Shown here: piece after piece, positions 36,967-49,622 of the stretch
Layout: each line of letters begins with the position of its first letter
Position numbering within the stretch: the stretch's first letter is position 1
From: Lama glama
Lineage: Eukaryota
Length of the DNA: 64,000 nucleotides
Direction: 5' to 3'
NCBI GenBank assembly: GCA_028534125.1
Contig: CM052817.1
Coordinates: forward strand, 97,094,001 to 97,158,000
Position numbers and translations under genes: made by a program
Notes under the pieces: generated by a model
Databases searched by the model: none
Told to the model about the DNA's origin: nothing
Seen by the model: the letters and a program-made list of their open reading frames with translations, nothing else

Positions 36967-38030
36967 TGTGTTGTGATTTATAGTAAGAAATATATATTTG
37001 GTCTTTGTCCACGGTTCCTGACTCACAGCTCCTGAGACCCTTGCAATTTCCTGAGCGATAAGAGCAATAGGAACATCTTTGTTATATTTTGTTTCTTTTT
37101 GGGGGGGGATGTTGGGGAGGTAATTAGGTTTAATTAATTAATAATTTAATTTTTAAATGGAAGTGCTCGTGATTGAACCCAGGACCTCGTGCCTGCTAAG
37201 TATGTGCTCTACCACTGAGCTACACCCTCCCCCTCTTATATTTTGTTTCTTGTCTTCAGTTCCTAAAATCACTTTAGAGCTTTAAAGATGAGATAGGTAC
37301 CTTCCTATTCATGACTAGCCCGTTTCCACCACAACTGGGGCTGTATTAATTAGGTGACTTGGGAAAGCAGCTAAGGATGGCAGGAATCTGCTAGAGAACC
37401 AACCATGAATAGAGGGTTGGAACTTTCAGCCCCACTCCTTGATTTGGGGGGAAGAGGAGTGGAGCTAGAGGTTGAATCAGTCACCAACGGCCAGTGATTT
37501 AATGTACCATGCTATGTAATGAAGCCTCCCTAAAAACCCAAAAAGGAGGGGATTCAGAGAGCTTCCAGGTTGCGGAGCCAGAAAGCTTCTGCCTGCTGCC
37601 TTGTGGGGCCCTGAACTCCGTGAGAACAGAAGCTCCTTTGGGACCTTGCCCCTTGTATCTCTTTATCTGGCTGTTGATTCGTATCCTTTAATATCCGTCA
37701 TAATAAGTCGGCCATCTAGTGAGTACAGGGGGTTCCTGAGTTCTCTGAGCCACTCCAGCGAATTAATTGACCCCAAGGAGAGGGCGTCATGGGAGCCTCT
37801 GATTTACAGCCAGTCTGTTGGAAGCGCAGGTAACAAGCTGGGCTTGGGGTTGGCATCTGAAGCGGGGGTTCATTTTGTGGGGCTGAACTTCCAACCAGTG
37901 GGGTCTGATCCTGTCTGCAGGTAGGCAGTGTCAGAATTGTGCTGAATTGTAGGCCCCCCAGTTGGTGTTGGAGAATGGCCTGTTGGTGGGGGAGACCCTC
38001 CCTGCACGTTGGAGTCAAGGACCAGGATCT
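36967..38030 (+). mobile_element. MER21-like solo LTR with a nested SINE
   Basis: tgtgatttatagtaagaaatatatatttggtctttgtcc...cagctcctgagacccttgcaatttcctgagcgataag; homologous to 7047-7957 in the opposite orientation. Confidence 0.75.
37098..37235 (-). mobile_element. Vic-1-like SINE nested in MER21, 16-bp TSD
   Basis: Minus strand gggagggtgtagctcagtggtagagcacatacttagcaggcacgaggtcctgggttcaatc. TSD ttatattttgtttctt at 37082-37097 and 37236-37251. Confidence 0.9.
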
Positions 38031-38503
38031 TTATACTCCACTGGGGAGACACTTGTGTTTCTCAGAGACTCTTACTGCAGAACGGAATGCAGTCCCTCGC
38101 CCCGTCCAGTCAGTCGGGAGTGCAGTTGGGATTAGCATCTTTCTTGTTCAAGGTCTACTCTGTGTCACTTAATCCCGTCTACGATGATGTCCGTTTGCCA
38201 GCCAGGACGCGTGGTGGCCTCATCCTGCCCTTACTGTCTTCGCTGGCTTCTGAGGCACATGGTCCCCATCCGATACCTATGCGGCTGCTTTTTAAACATG
38301 TAGGGAGCAGAGAGTTTTTTCTCTTAGATCCTGTATTGCTGGTCTTTTTGTTTCCAAACTTCTGCGAGCTGCTTGGGCACACTTCAGGAAATTATTCAGT
38401 CTCTCTCCAGCTTTTGCGTTGTCTGCCGGTGAAAACCAAGCTGTTGGTGACAGTGAACTAGAGCTCTGAGACGTACCACTGGAAGTATTTCTCTAGGTTT
38501 GTA

Positions 38504-38721
38504 GCAGTGGAACCCAACCACGGGTGACTTATGACAGTGGATCTCAAGCCCCAGGGGACATGTGGTGAAGCACAGAGACATTTTTGATTGTTAGATCTAG
38601 GGTGGAGGCTACTGGTATGTGGTGGTGGAGGCCAGGGATGCTGTTAAAGATACACAGGGCGTGCTCTCCGACAAGAGTGATCAGACCCAAAACGTCAGTG
38701 TTGCTGAGATTGAAAAGCCCT
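38504..38721. mobile_element. MER20 (hAT-Charlie)
   Basis: ccccaggggacatgtgg...gagacatttttgattgtt...gaggccagggatgctgttaaa...gctgagattgaaaagccct. Confidence 0.75.
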
Positions 38722-38837
38722 CTTCTGGATTAATGTAGTTCTCTTGCAGAATGTCTGGCGGGGATGGTACTTCCTAAAGAATGTCGGATGGAGATGATAC
38801 TTTTAATCTTGTTAATCAGACATTTCAGCATCTGAGA

Positions 38838-39462
38838 CAGGGATTCTCAAAATGTGAACTGGGGATCCCCTGAGACCCTTCAAGGGGTCTGTGAGGTGAT
38901 TGCCTTTTCCACTCATTTTTAAAAAATTAGTTTTAAAAATTGAAGTACAGTTACAGTGTGTCAGTTTCTGGTGTACAGCACAATGTCCTAGTCATGCATA
39001 TACATACTTATATTCATTTTCATATTCTTTTTCATTAAATATTATTACAGGATATTGAATATAGTTTCCTGTGCTATACTTCATTCTTTTGCAGTCGTAG
39101 AGGGGAGTTTTCCAGAGGTGATATGACCTCTGATATCAAAACAGATTGAATGCAGAAGCAGAGATGATAATCCTTCTGTCTTTTAAATCTGACATGAAAT
39201 AGATTTACAAAATGTAAAACAATACCATCGTCTTCATGGAGTCATTTTTGGAAAACAGTTATTGCCAGGATTATGTTAATATGTAAAGATTTATTCTTTT
39301 TTTAATCAACTGGTAGGTACTTTTGAAACATTTTGTATTTCAGTTCTTATTTCTAACACTGGGAATATCAATAGACAGAATCCACACAAAAGTTCTTTGA
39401 GACCAGTAATTTTTAAGAGTATAAAGGAGTCCTGAGAAGAAAAAAGTTGTAAGTACCTCTGA
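38838..39462. mobile_element. MER119-like hAT-Charlie element with a nested L1 3' end (~38920-39080)
   Basis: cagggattctcaaaatgtg...ttttccagagg...acagattgaatgcagaagcagagatga; nested antisense tgaagtacagttacagtgtgtcagtttctggtgtacagc. Confidence 0.7.
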
Positions 39463-40573
39463 CTAGGCTATATTCCTTCATTTTCTGTGTGAGGACACCC
39501 TGTCATGAGTGACAGTTTTAAAGGCCTTGCTAGAATCTAGATGCTCAGAATGTTTTTCTGTTTCCCAGCCCGAAAGCCCTGGACTGAAGGAAGTTGATTG
39601 GCAGGTTGCTAGTTAACCTGTGTAGTTCCAGTTAGCTGTTCTGCTTTTCCAGGTGCTCAGCGGCCCTTTAGAAATCAATCCAGAGCCTCATTTGGAATCT
39701 CCATTTTTCAGAAGGGTTTCCATGGCTTCAATTCCCTTGCCCCATACACGTGTACCATTCTTTGTTGTTGTTGCAGAGTTAGGATTCAATTTTTGAAATA
39801 CCTTAATTCCAGAACTTTTTTTTTTAATTTTTGAAATTATGTGTATTGTTGTTAACTAATTCCAAACTTCATAAATGCCTGTGATTTGGTCTTGATCGGG
39901 TGGGTACAGTTTTGCTTTTACCCTTTCATTCCACCAGGAAGGTGGAGGGAGACTAGAGCCCTGCCGTGATGAAGTGGGTGGGGAATATGGTGACTGAAAG
40001 GTGCATTGACTCGTGTTGATAACACGGTGTTTGAGATGCTAGAAGTCTTCTGATCTGGTGCAACACTTCTAGCTGGATCCGGATACTGAGGGCTAGAGAG
40101 GTTAAGTTACTCTCCAAGGTCACAGTGCAGTTGTGAAAATCAAATAGCAACTACTTAACAATACTTGTCAAGCAAGCAAGGTCATCACTTAACTTTCTGA
40201 CCTTGGGGCTCTTTATTAGTAATATGATCGTGCACAAGTTATTTAATCTCTTCCAGCATCTGTTTCCTCTTCTGTATCACTGAAATCAAAATAGCAACCT
40301 TTTAGGGTTGTTGATGTTAATTTACATAATACCCTTTCCTTTTCAAAAATTTCTTTTGAAAAATTTCAGGCTCACAGAGAAGTCGCAACAGCAGTACAAT
40401 AAACATTTGTATACCCTGTGAGGTGTAATTATTATTACTCTTGTTGAACCATTTGAGACTGAGTTCCCTTACATCATGACCCCTCATTTCTAAAGACGTC
40501 AACATGTGTCTTAAAAAACAAGGACGAATTCAGGAAGTTTGACATGGACACTATATTGTTATCTAATATATTG

Positions 40574-40731
40574 TGTTTCTAAGTGTGACCATAGTCCAGT
40601 GTGCTGACACAAATTGGGAATTTGCTAGAAGTGAGAATTTGGGACCCCACCTCAGACCTGATGAATCAGAACCTGCGTTTTCACAAGCCCTCCAAGGGAC
40701 TTGTACCCTCATCAGTATTTGAGAGGCACTA
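40574..40731. mobile_element. MER5A (hAT-Charlie)
   Basis: ccccacctcagacctgatgaatcagaacctgcgttttcacaagccctcca...tttgagaggcact. Confidence 0.75.
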
Positions 40732-41029
40732 ATCTAATGGGTAATCCGCATTCATACTTCGCCAGTCCTCAGATGATACCTATTCTAGAAAAATGTCCCC
40801 CAATGCAGGAGCCAATCCAGGGTCATGCATTGTATTTAATGATTGTCACATCTCTTTAGTGTCCTTTAATTTGGATGGAATTCACTTCTCCATCTTTGTT
40901 TTTTTCTGATACTGGTACTTTTAAAGCATACAGGCCAGTTGTTTTGCAAAATGGTCTGAAATTTGGCTTTTCATGATTAGATCTAGGTGTTGTATTTTGG
41001 GGCGGTAGGTGAATGATGTTGATTCTTCA

Positions 41030-41395
41030 GAGTCCATCAGCTGGGAGGTCTTGAATGGCTGGGGTCTGGAACCCCACTGGAGGCTTCCAAACTCACATCT
41101 GATGCCTGGACTGGGAGGCTGGGCTCCTCCGGAGCTGTCTAGCAGAGCCACACACACAGGCCCCTTCCTCTGGCTTGGGCTTCCCCACAGTACGTGGCAG
41201 CCTCAGGGCTCTGAGTGAGGGCTCCAGCCAGCCTGGCAGAGACTGGAAGGCTGTTTGTGATCTAGCATCACTAACACATATGCTGCTGATTGATTTAGTC
41301 GGGGACCTGCCCAGATTCAAGGGGAGGGGGCATAGACACCACTCCTGGCTGGGAAGAATGTCGAAGAATCTGTAGCCGTGTTTTAAAACTGCTAC
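41030..41395 (-). mobile_element. MLT1J/K-like LTR fragment
   Basis: ggcttccaaactcacatctgatgcctgg...gcccagattcaaggggagggggcatagacaccactcctggctgggaagaatgtcgaagaatctgtagccgtgttttaaaac. Confidence 0.6.
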
Positions 41396-42097
41396 TGGTG
41401 GTGACTGCCAGATTTCTCAATTGCAAATGTACCTGTCTCTTTGTAGTTGATGGTGATCCAGTAGGAGATACCCTGAGAATATTGAAGAATTTGTTCTTCA
41501 GCAGACTTCTACCCTTTAATGTTAGTGTTCATTACTGGCTCCTCCACATTTAGGTATTGAGATTTAAATTACGCATACATTTTAAACATGGTGTGCTCCT
41601 CTCCCAGTAAATAAACATAACATGATAAATGTAACATAAACATGAAAGCAGTGTTGGAATCTTGAAGTCATTTGTGACAAAGATAAGCATGCATGACCCA
41701 ATTTGATGGGTACTAAACATTTTATACTAATGTAAGTGCCAAACACTTGCTTATTGGAATGTCAACAGCAATACGGGTGAAGGGGGTTCCGCTCACCTCG
41801 GGGTGTGACTCTATGGTTGTTTTATCCTGTTGTCTCTCCTTCCAGTTAACGTGTCATTGCACTGCCCCTCATGACTGGAAACGTTTGTGTCAAAGCTGGT
41901 CCCAAGAAAAGGGAGATCGGCTGAGGGAAGTATTTCTTCTTGCACTTCCAACACAGCCACTAATAACAGAGAGTGAGCAAGCTCCCAGCTGAGGTGGAAT
42001 CCAAGCATCTTAATAAGCATTAACCTTTCTAGACTCTCCTCTTAAGGTGCAGGAAATTGGTCCAGATAATGCTTTCATCATATCTTAAGATTTATAT

Positions 42098-42201
42098 GGG
42101 GGAGGGTATAGCTCAGTGGTAGAGTTTGTGCTTAGCTTGCATGAGGTCCTGGGTTCAACCCCCAGTACCACCATTAAAAAAAAAAAAACAAAGCAAAAAA
42201 A
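42098..42201 (+). mobile_element. Vic-1-like SINE (short variant)
   Basis: gggggagggtatagctcagtggtagagtttgtgcttagcttgcatgaggtcctgggttcaacccccagtaccacc followed by poly(A). Confidence 0.9.
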
Positions 42202-45200
42202 TGCTTATGAAAACGAATTGTCTGTGTGCGCTGAGAAGCTAGTAGCAGGCTTTGGGGCTCTAGTATACATGACCTTCATTTACCTCGAATTGGTGAAGAT
42301 GAGGGTCTAAACATTGGAAGCTATTTGGAATGTTCTTAAAATTGTACATGAATATTTTCTAAACCCCTAATTAGAAACATTTCAACTGAGAGGTAAAATC
42401 TAGCTGTGTCCTAATGTGTTTAGAAATCGATTATTGCCCGAAGCTTATTCTTAACAGATGCATATAGCACAGGTCACCTCTCAAGTATGTAGAGGCTGTA
42501 TACTGGGAAATTCTAGGAACTTGAGGTCCACATATAGTTGTCCTGATGTATTGGCTTCTTTAAAGTGAGACATATGTTGCAAGGAAAGAAAAAAAACCCT
42601 ACTGCATAGTCATCAACATTTTAACAGAAATGTTTCTGTGTGTGGAATGATGGGTGGTTTCTGTTGTCTTTAAAGAGGTTTTGTGTGTGTGTGTTTACTC
42701 GAATTTCAGCAAGGAATGTAATGTGTATTACTTATCACTTTTGTAGCATGAATAAATTGTAATTTGAAAAAAAGGTTATTATTGAAAAATAGAAACCAAA
42801 CTATTCCCATAAATTTTAGGAGCAGTGATTAAACATGAAGGCTGAAACCACTCCCCACGCCTCCCGTGCAGCTTCTTATAAAGTATCATCATGGACCACC
42901 TTCAAAACATGGTTTTGCTTTAAGGCATTTTATTATTATGAGAGCTAAAATAGGGGGGGAAAAAGATGTGTTGCATTATCTCTTAAATATGTAGGCCATG
43001 CCTGGGGGCGTTCATACTTGGAAAAAGATTTCAGATGCTTCTGATAAATATATGCATGTCTTCAGGAGATGTTTTCTTCACTGATTAACATTCACACATT
43101 TCCTTTTGTAGAATGAACACGTCCAGGGCTTATTGTCCCGCCCCCCAGGGAAGTGGTCACTCCCACCTACCCGAATGACTAGGGGGGTCATAGCTTATAT
43201 TCCAAAAGGAAAAGGGTCGTTCACCTTGAAATTTTCATAAGATGATGGGTCAGTTCTAAACAGGTTTACTTACCTTCACTTTAAAGACCCACAGGTCACA
43301 CTGAGCGAGGGGCCTGCTCTCTGTCGTGGCCGGAGCTAGCCCTGGGTGGGGAGGCCTCTCCTTGCGGGTGCCAGGCCTTTGGGGGCTGCGAACACTGCGC
43401 TTCCTGTGTTCTCGTCCTCTGTGCTGCCGTCGGCACCAAGTGGTTCCTGAGGCAGCCTTACGTCCTGGAGAGATGAAGGCTGACAGAGAGAGAGGAAAAA
43501 GAACCTCTGGAGAAGTGGTACACCTAAATTGAAGGAGGAGGAAGGGGAAAACAAAGGAACATGTAAGGAGGATGCCTTGTTGCTGATGCAGAGTATCTCT
43601 TTTTCTCAAATGTTATTCTAGGCTTTTATTGCAGAATTATACACTTTCTGTTTGTACGTGAACAAAGGACACATTGGAAGAGAAATTCTCAGTATGCGTT
43701 GGCTTTCTATTCAGTTAAGAATATTTGTAGACACTTGGGTTGTGAAAGGCAAGTTGCAGCTGTGTTTGGAACGTGTTTTCTGACTTCGGGGAGTGTGCAC
43801 TTGTGTTTCCCAAATGTTTGCAGGTGCAAATTGATAAAAATGCACCTGGAGTGTTTTTAAAGGTTTGTAAACCAGAAAACAAAATTTTATAACTGGGAAT
43901 GTATGTTTGCACCATGACTACCAGAGCAGTGCAGCTTTGGCTTGATCAGGAGAGGTTCCCCTCATGAACTGACTTGGGGGAACATTATTTAGTGGGCATG
44001 TGCAAATTTCTTTAATGCCTCTTGGTTCCAATATGTTATCAAAGTTATTATCACAATTCTTATTTTTAATTATTATTATTAATACCTCTGTTGGTCTCTG
44101 TTAAACACTATGAAGACCAGGTCACTGGTGTTGCATCCACAGTTTATGTCACTGAAAATGCCTGTGAATTGGGGAAGGTAGTTCTGGGGTGTGTTCCATT
44201 TTGTAAATTCTAGTTGATAAAGGTTGTCATCTACTGAAGTCTTGCAGTCAAAATCTGAAGTCAGTCATGTATTCCTCTGTTGAGGGCACAGAGTACTGCA
44301 GGAATCGGTGTGGTACAGATCCTGTTAGGACTTGGGAAGAGGTCTGAAAATGTCTCCAAAAATTTAGACTGAAATCTTAGAAAGAAAAAGAAAAACAGAA
44401 ACTCTACCAATTTAATAACATCCTCAAAACATACTTTTGGCTTTTCTTTTTTTGTTTGTTTGTAAACCAAAATTTAAGTTGTTTTCAAAAAGCTCACAGT
44501 AAGTCAGGGCTGCTGTCAAAGCCGGCGACCCCCAGGCTGGCGATGTCTCCTGCCCCTTCCTCCCTCTCATGAACAAGGAGGGCCTCCCCTTGTTCAGCTG
44601 TGAGATACAGGGGCTGGGCTCAGCGATAACCAGGAGGCCTTTCAGCTCTGAGATTCTGAGTTTGAATGAACCAGAACAAACACGCGGCCTCATCTGGCCC
44701 TGACCCAACTGCTATTTCTCTGTCAGTCCCGATTATCAGTTCTAGTTGAATTTCCTATAAAAGGACCTTATTTAGTCCTGGACTGAGTGCTGGTTCAGGG
44801 ACACGCGGCTGGAACGTCTTCAGAGCTCTCTGTGTACTGTTCACACCACAGCCAAACTCTGAACTCATGTCGTAGATGGATGATGGTCCGGGCTGCCTCT
44901 TTGAGTCATGCAGCCCCAAGGTAACGAACGTTTGTCTAAACACATTGTAGACTCTGAAGCTGAAAGAAATATTTGGCCATCTTGTAGTTATGTATTTTAG
45001 GAAGGGATTTAGAAATTTTACTTTGTGCCTCCTTTCTATGTGACAGGTTTACTAAGGAGAGTACGCGTTGATTTCCCACTGTCTCCGGTCATACCCCTGT
45101 TTAGGGGTGGACATAGTTACGTGAGACATGACATCACCCAAGCTGACACAGTATGAACGGGGCTTAACATGACCGGGTTACATTGGAGGCGGCAGGGCAG

Positions 45201-46309
45201 ACGTGGTGACCAAGACACGCGTGCCAGAATCAGGACGTCTGGGTTCACATCTCTGTTAAGTCAGGCACTTGGCGTAACGTTGGGCATGTTGCAAGTACCC
45301 AGTAGTGGTGACTGTTTGTATTCTAGATGGTAGGAATCCACAGGCCTGTTAGTCATCTTCCTATCCCAATAAAGACCCCCGAGCTCTGCATTAGAAACCT
45401 CTTTTTAAAACAGAGTTACCTCATCCCCCTTAATTTCCTTTATGCAAAGTATTTATTAACTCAGCTGAACCAAATGCTGACGGTTTGAGGTGGGTATTAA
45501 AGTGAAAGTTGCAGAGGCCTTGCTTATTTCCTGTTCTCTGCAAGGTATTTCCGGCAGAGGTGGCCCAGTCATTTCCGCACGTGGCCCCCGGGAGCAGAGC
45601 ATGACGGGCGTGGGGAGATATTCACATGGACGGCTGCATCCCGCGGGCATAAACATCCAGTGTGCTGAGTCTGAGGAGTCTGCGACTCTGAGCGGCAGTG
45701 CCAGACTTCTGTTTGTGCTCACACCCTTCAGAGACCTGAATAAGCCTTCCTTCCCTGACACGCCTACGCGTGGAGTTTTGTTTTTTGTCAGTGGATCGTC
45801 TGCTCTGAGTTTTCCTTCTGTTACACTTCCACCGTAGGTGCAGTGAAGAAATTTTTGACCCGGAAAAAAAAAAAAAGAAAGTTTTGAGTAAACTTCATCT
45901 TTTGCTTTGCTTCAGATGAGTTTACCTGCCCCAGAACAAAGGTAACAGGATGGAGGGGAGTTGAGAGAGTCACACGATTTTGGAAAGAGACCCGGGTGGT
46001 AGAGGAGTTTGCATCCAGGCCATGGCTCTAGAATTGGACAATCAATGTCAGATTTAAAGAGGATGCACATCTTGGCTACACAAAACAAGAGAAGCTAAAT
46101 TTTAACTTCTCAAGTCAGATTGCCAAAAAGCAGGACAACATGTTAAAGTAAATAAAATTGACTGTTTCTTCCTCTTCTGAATGTAAAAAAGAATGTCTTT
46201 CTGATGTTTCAGAGGGAACCATGAGAGCATAGCTTTGTAGCTTAAAAAAAAAAAACTGAGGCTAGTGCAGTGATGAGATAAAATGCACTTTAAATGTGAT
46301 GCATTCTTT

Positions 46310-46474
46310 GGAGGGTATAGCTCAAGTGGTAGAGCGCATGCTTAGCATGCGTGACGTCCTGGGTTCAGTCCCCAGTACCTCGTCTAAAAATAAATAAATC
46401 TAATTACCTCCCCCCCAAATAAAATAATTAAATAATGCAATAATAAAAAAAAATAAAAAAACATTTTAAAAAAA
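46310..46474 (+). mobile_element. Vic-1-like SINE (long-tail variant), 13-bp TSD
   Basis: ggagggtatagctcaagtggtagagcgcatgcttagcatgcgtgacgtcctgggttcagtccccagtacctc...aataaatctaattacctccccccc. TSD gtgatgcattctt at 46296-46308 and 46475-46487. Confidence 0.9.
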
Positions 46475-46609
46475 GTGATGCATTCTTGAAAATCTAGGAG
46501 AATATAGCACGATGATGGTGAGTCTGTATAGATAATTCTCCAGTTTTATTTTTTCTAAACAGATACAGAACAGTATAGTTGGTGATTTTTTTTCCCTTGA
46601 GGATTAAAA

Positions 46610-46965
46610 TTTTTTTTATTGAAGTATAGTCAGTTTACAATGCTGTGTCAATTTCTGGTGTCCAGCATAATGTTTCAGTCATATGATACATATTTAAATT
46701 CCTTTTTGTATTCTTTTTCATTATAGATTAGTATAAGATATTGAATATAGTTCCCTGTCATATACTGTAGAAACTTGTTGTTTATCTATTTTTATATATA
46801 GTAATATCTGCAAATCTCAGACTCCCAATTTATCCCTTCCCCCACTGGTAGCCATAAGAGAAAGAAAAATACCACATGATATCGCTTATGTGTGGAATCT
46901 GAAGAAAAGACACAAATGAACTCATTTACAGAACAGAAATGGAACCACAGACATAGAAAGCAAAT
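46610..46965 (-). mobile_element. L1 3' end with 5' inversion (twin priming)
   Basis: Antisense 3' end at 46610-~46858 followed by sense agagaaagaaaaataccacatgatatcgc...gacatagaaagcaaa. Confidence 0.78.
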
Positions 46966-48044
46966 TTTATTTGTTTTTTAAAGTGGCTTTGGAATCAGAG
47001 TTGAGGGTTAGGGTACAAACTGTACCATTTTCAAATGGTGGCGACTTGGGCTAAGTCTTTGCACTTGTATCGTTTTAAAATGTGGGGAACAATTCTTACC
47101 TCAAAAGTTTTTGAGAGTATTGAAGTGCTTCAGAGAAAGCCTACCACCTAGTAGGTGTTTATGAAATGTTAAATGTATTCAATGAGAGAGAAAGTAATTT
47201 AAATCTCAAATTTCAGTGCTGAAATGCAGAATTAGACACACAACAATTGGGTGGTTCTAGGTGACTTGGGAGTTTTGATAAGAGGCTCTATTTATTGCAT
47301 CCCTGTAGCCCATTGCTTGGTGAGCTTTTCCACAGACACTTTCAATTAACTAAACACTAAATCTGAGGAATATTCCAGGCCACCAAGAAATTAGTGACCT
47401 CTCAAAATGGTGGTTGAGTGGAGTAATAAGGGGTCTGCATCCATTTTTATTATTATTTACTGGATGTGATCATACTACAAATGCAGTAGCTATCATTTAT
47501 TTCTGGTTATTATGTGCTAAGGATTGTGCCAAACACTGCATACATACTGCCTCATTTACTTGTTGGAGTAACTTGAGATGTACATATTATGGTCCTCATT
47601 TGAATGAGAAAACGAGATACAATGTTTTTACTGTATCTAAGCCTCCCTCATCGAGAAGACTCAAAAGCCAGGATAGTGTCTTCTCAAGCAGCATCTGTGC
47701 TTTGGAACCACCTGATCTGGTCGGTAGGTTAGCTCTTTGAAATGCTAATACAGCATAGGGTGTGTTAAGGGGATGGTTGGTCTTTAGAGTCTTTGAAGCA
47801 TTTTATACCTAATTAGGGCTCTTTGGAAGCTCCATTTGACTGCATGGTGTCCAGTGCCCCATTTTTCTGAAATAATCTTTCTGGTGTTTTGATCTATACT
47901 TTGGTCCAGCCAAGACAAAGACAGAATGCTGTGGAATGACTGACTAGATCGGGGTTTCTCAGCCTTGAGCACACAAAAGAACCACCCGGGGAGCTTTAAA
48001 CTTCAAGCTGAAGCCCAGTCCCCATGCCCAGATATCCTCCCTCC

Positions 48045-48545
48045 CCCAGTTTTATTGAGAAGTAATTGACACATGATACTGTATTAGTTTAAGATGTCCA
48101 ACATAATGGTTTGCTAGGTGTGCATATTGCAAAAGATTGCCACAATAAGTTTAGTTACCATCCATCACCCTCACAGAGTCACAATTTATTTTTCTTATGA
48201 GGAGGATTTTTAAGACGTACTCTCTTAGCAGCTTTCAAATATATAATGCAGCACTGTTCACTACGGTCACCATGCTGGACACTACATCCCCAGAACTTAC
48301 TTATCTTACAGCTAGAAGAAGTTTGTGTATTTTGACCACCTTCCCCCATTACCCGAGCCGCCCCTAGCAACCACCAGTCTGTTCTGTTTCTATGATTTTT
48401 TTTTATTATTCTTCCACATATAAATGGGATCATGAAGTCTTGTCTTTGTCTGGCTTAGTCCATGGAGCACAGCGCTGTCAGGGTTCATCCATGTTGTTGC
48501 AAACAGCAGGACTTTCTTCTTCCTTCTGGCTGAATAATACTCTCC
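48045..48545 (-). mobile_element. L1MA9/10-like 3' end, antisense
   Basis: cagttttattgagaagtaattgacac...actctcttagcagctttcaaatatataat...ttcatccatgttgttgcaaacagcagga. Confidence 0.8.
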
Positions 48546-49493
48546 TAGGCACTCTGATGTGAACTGAACAATGGCCTAGGTCTTCCTGGGACTCCTGTAG
48601 GCCCAACCCTGGGGTGCCTCTGGTCAGTCCCCCAGGAACATAGGAGCCACACTCCTGACTCCCATCGTGCTTGGTTGTCTGGCTCTGCAGCCGGGGGCTG
48701 CTGCCACACCCTGCTCCCTACACCCTTATCCCCCTCACCCCGAGTGGTGGTGCTGGTGGAGAGGGAGGGTTGGAGGGAATGACTGGCAGCGTTTGCATCA
48801 GTCCAGTCTGTGTGATCTTTGCTCAGAGGGGTATCAGCTATCCAGGGCCGGTACTTAGGATATAATTTTTCCACAGTTAGTTTAAGCTTTGGGTGTCCTC
48901 ACTCTGTATATTGTTCAGTTTCCTAGTCCAGTATCGTTCCAGAGGCCTGTACTATGTTTGTAAAGATCAAACGTAAGTGAGTCTACGAGCCATTCCCAGT
49001 GTGGGTCACACACACACACGTGCTGGTTTCTTTCCATGGAATTAAATTTTCCCATCTTTTCTTTTTTTCATCACTGTCCTCCTCTTCTCAGCCTGACTTC
49101 TCTCCTGTGCCCACCGCTCCACAACCTTCTGTAATGTGAACAATGACAGATGGCGATAAATCCAGCTATGGATGATAGTCTAGACGGCAGAGGATTTTTT
49201 AAGGCAGAGAAGTCGTTTGCTGTTTGCTGGAGTGCCCTCTTGGAACCCAGAGTCTGTGGAAATATGGGACGAGCAGGTTACCAGCTGGAGCACTAAAGTA
49301 AATTTTCACTAGCAAATATTTGTCTGCAGTAATGTAAACCATTTTTAAATTTCGTTTCCACATGAGGGGGCAGTATGGTACTATAAAGGAAATGCTCTGT
49401 TGAAGTTGTTTATTTTTATTATGGTATATGGTAGTTTCTACATGAGGACTTTTAGGCTGTGATTCTAATTCTGACCAGTTGGTTAGTTATTAA

Positions 49494-49622
49494 TTTTTTT
49501 TTGAGTGGGAAGGTAATTAGGTTTATTCATTTATTTATTTTTAGAGGAGGTGCTGGGTATTGAACGTAGGACCTTGTGCATGCTAAGCATGCACTCTACC
49601 ACTTGAGCTATACCCTGCCCCT
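49494..49622 (-). mobile_element. Vic-1-like SINE (long-tail variant)
   Basis: Minus strand ggggcagggtatagctcaagtggtagagtgcatgcttagcatgcacaaggtcc. TSD gttgg(t/c)ta(g/c)ttattaa at 49478-49493 and 49623-49638. Confidence 0.9.

Larger units (their letters stand above)
40350..41540 (-). mobile_element. Old L1 (L1MC/ME-type) 3' region, interrupted by MER5A and an MLT1
   Basis: ttttgaaaaatttcaggctcacagagaagtcgcaa; tttaaagcatacaggccagttgttttgcaaaatg; gtgactgccagatttctcaattgcaaa. Confidence 0.6.

Noticed and set aside
38748..38803. Degenerate ~25-bp tandem duplication (agaatgtc…gatggtactt / agaatgtc…gatgatactt); similar small duplication at ~4792-4821
   Set aside because: Only two copies each; ordinary slippage duplications with no sign of function.
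42098..42175. tRNA gene (also the similar heads at 46310, 11750, 37160 and 49545)
   Set aside because: The A/B boxes are followed by A-rich tails, most copies have TSDs, and they occur as multiple diverged copies. They are tRNA-derived SINEs, not tRNAs.
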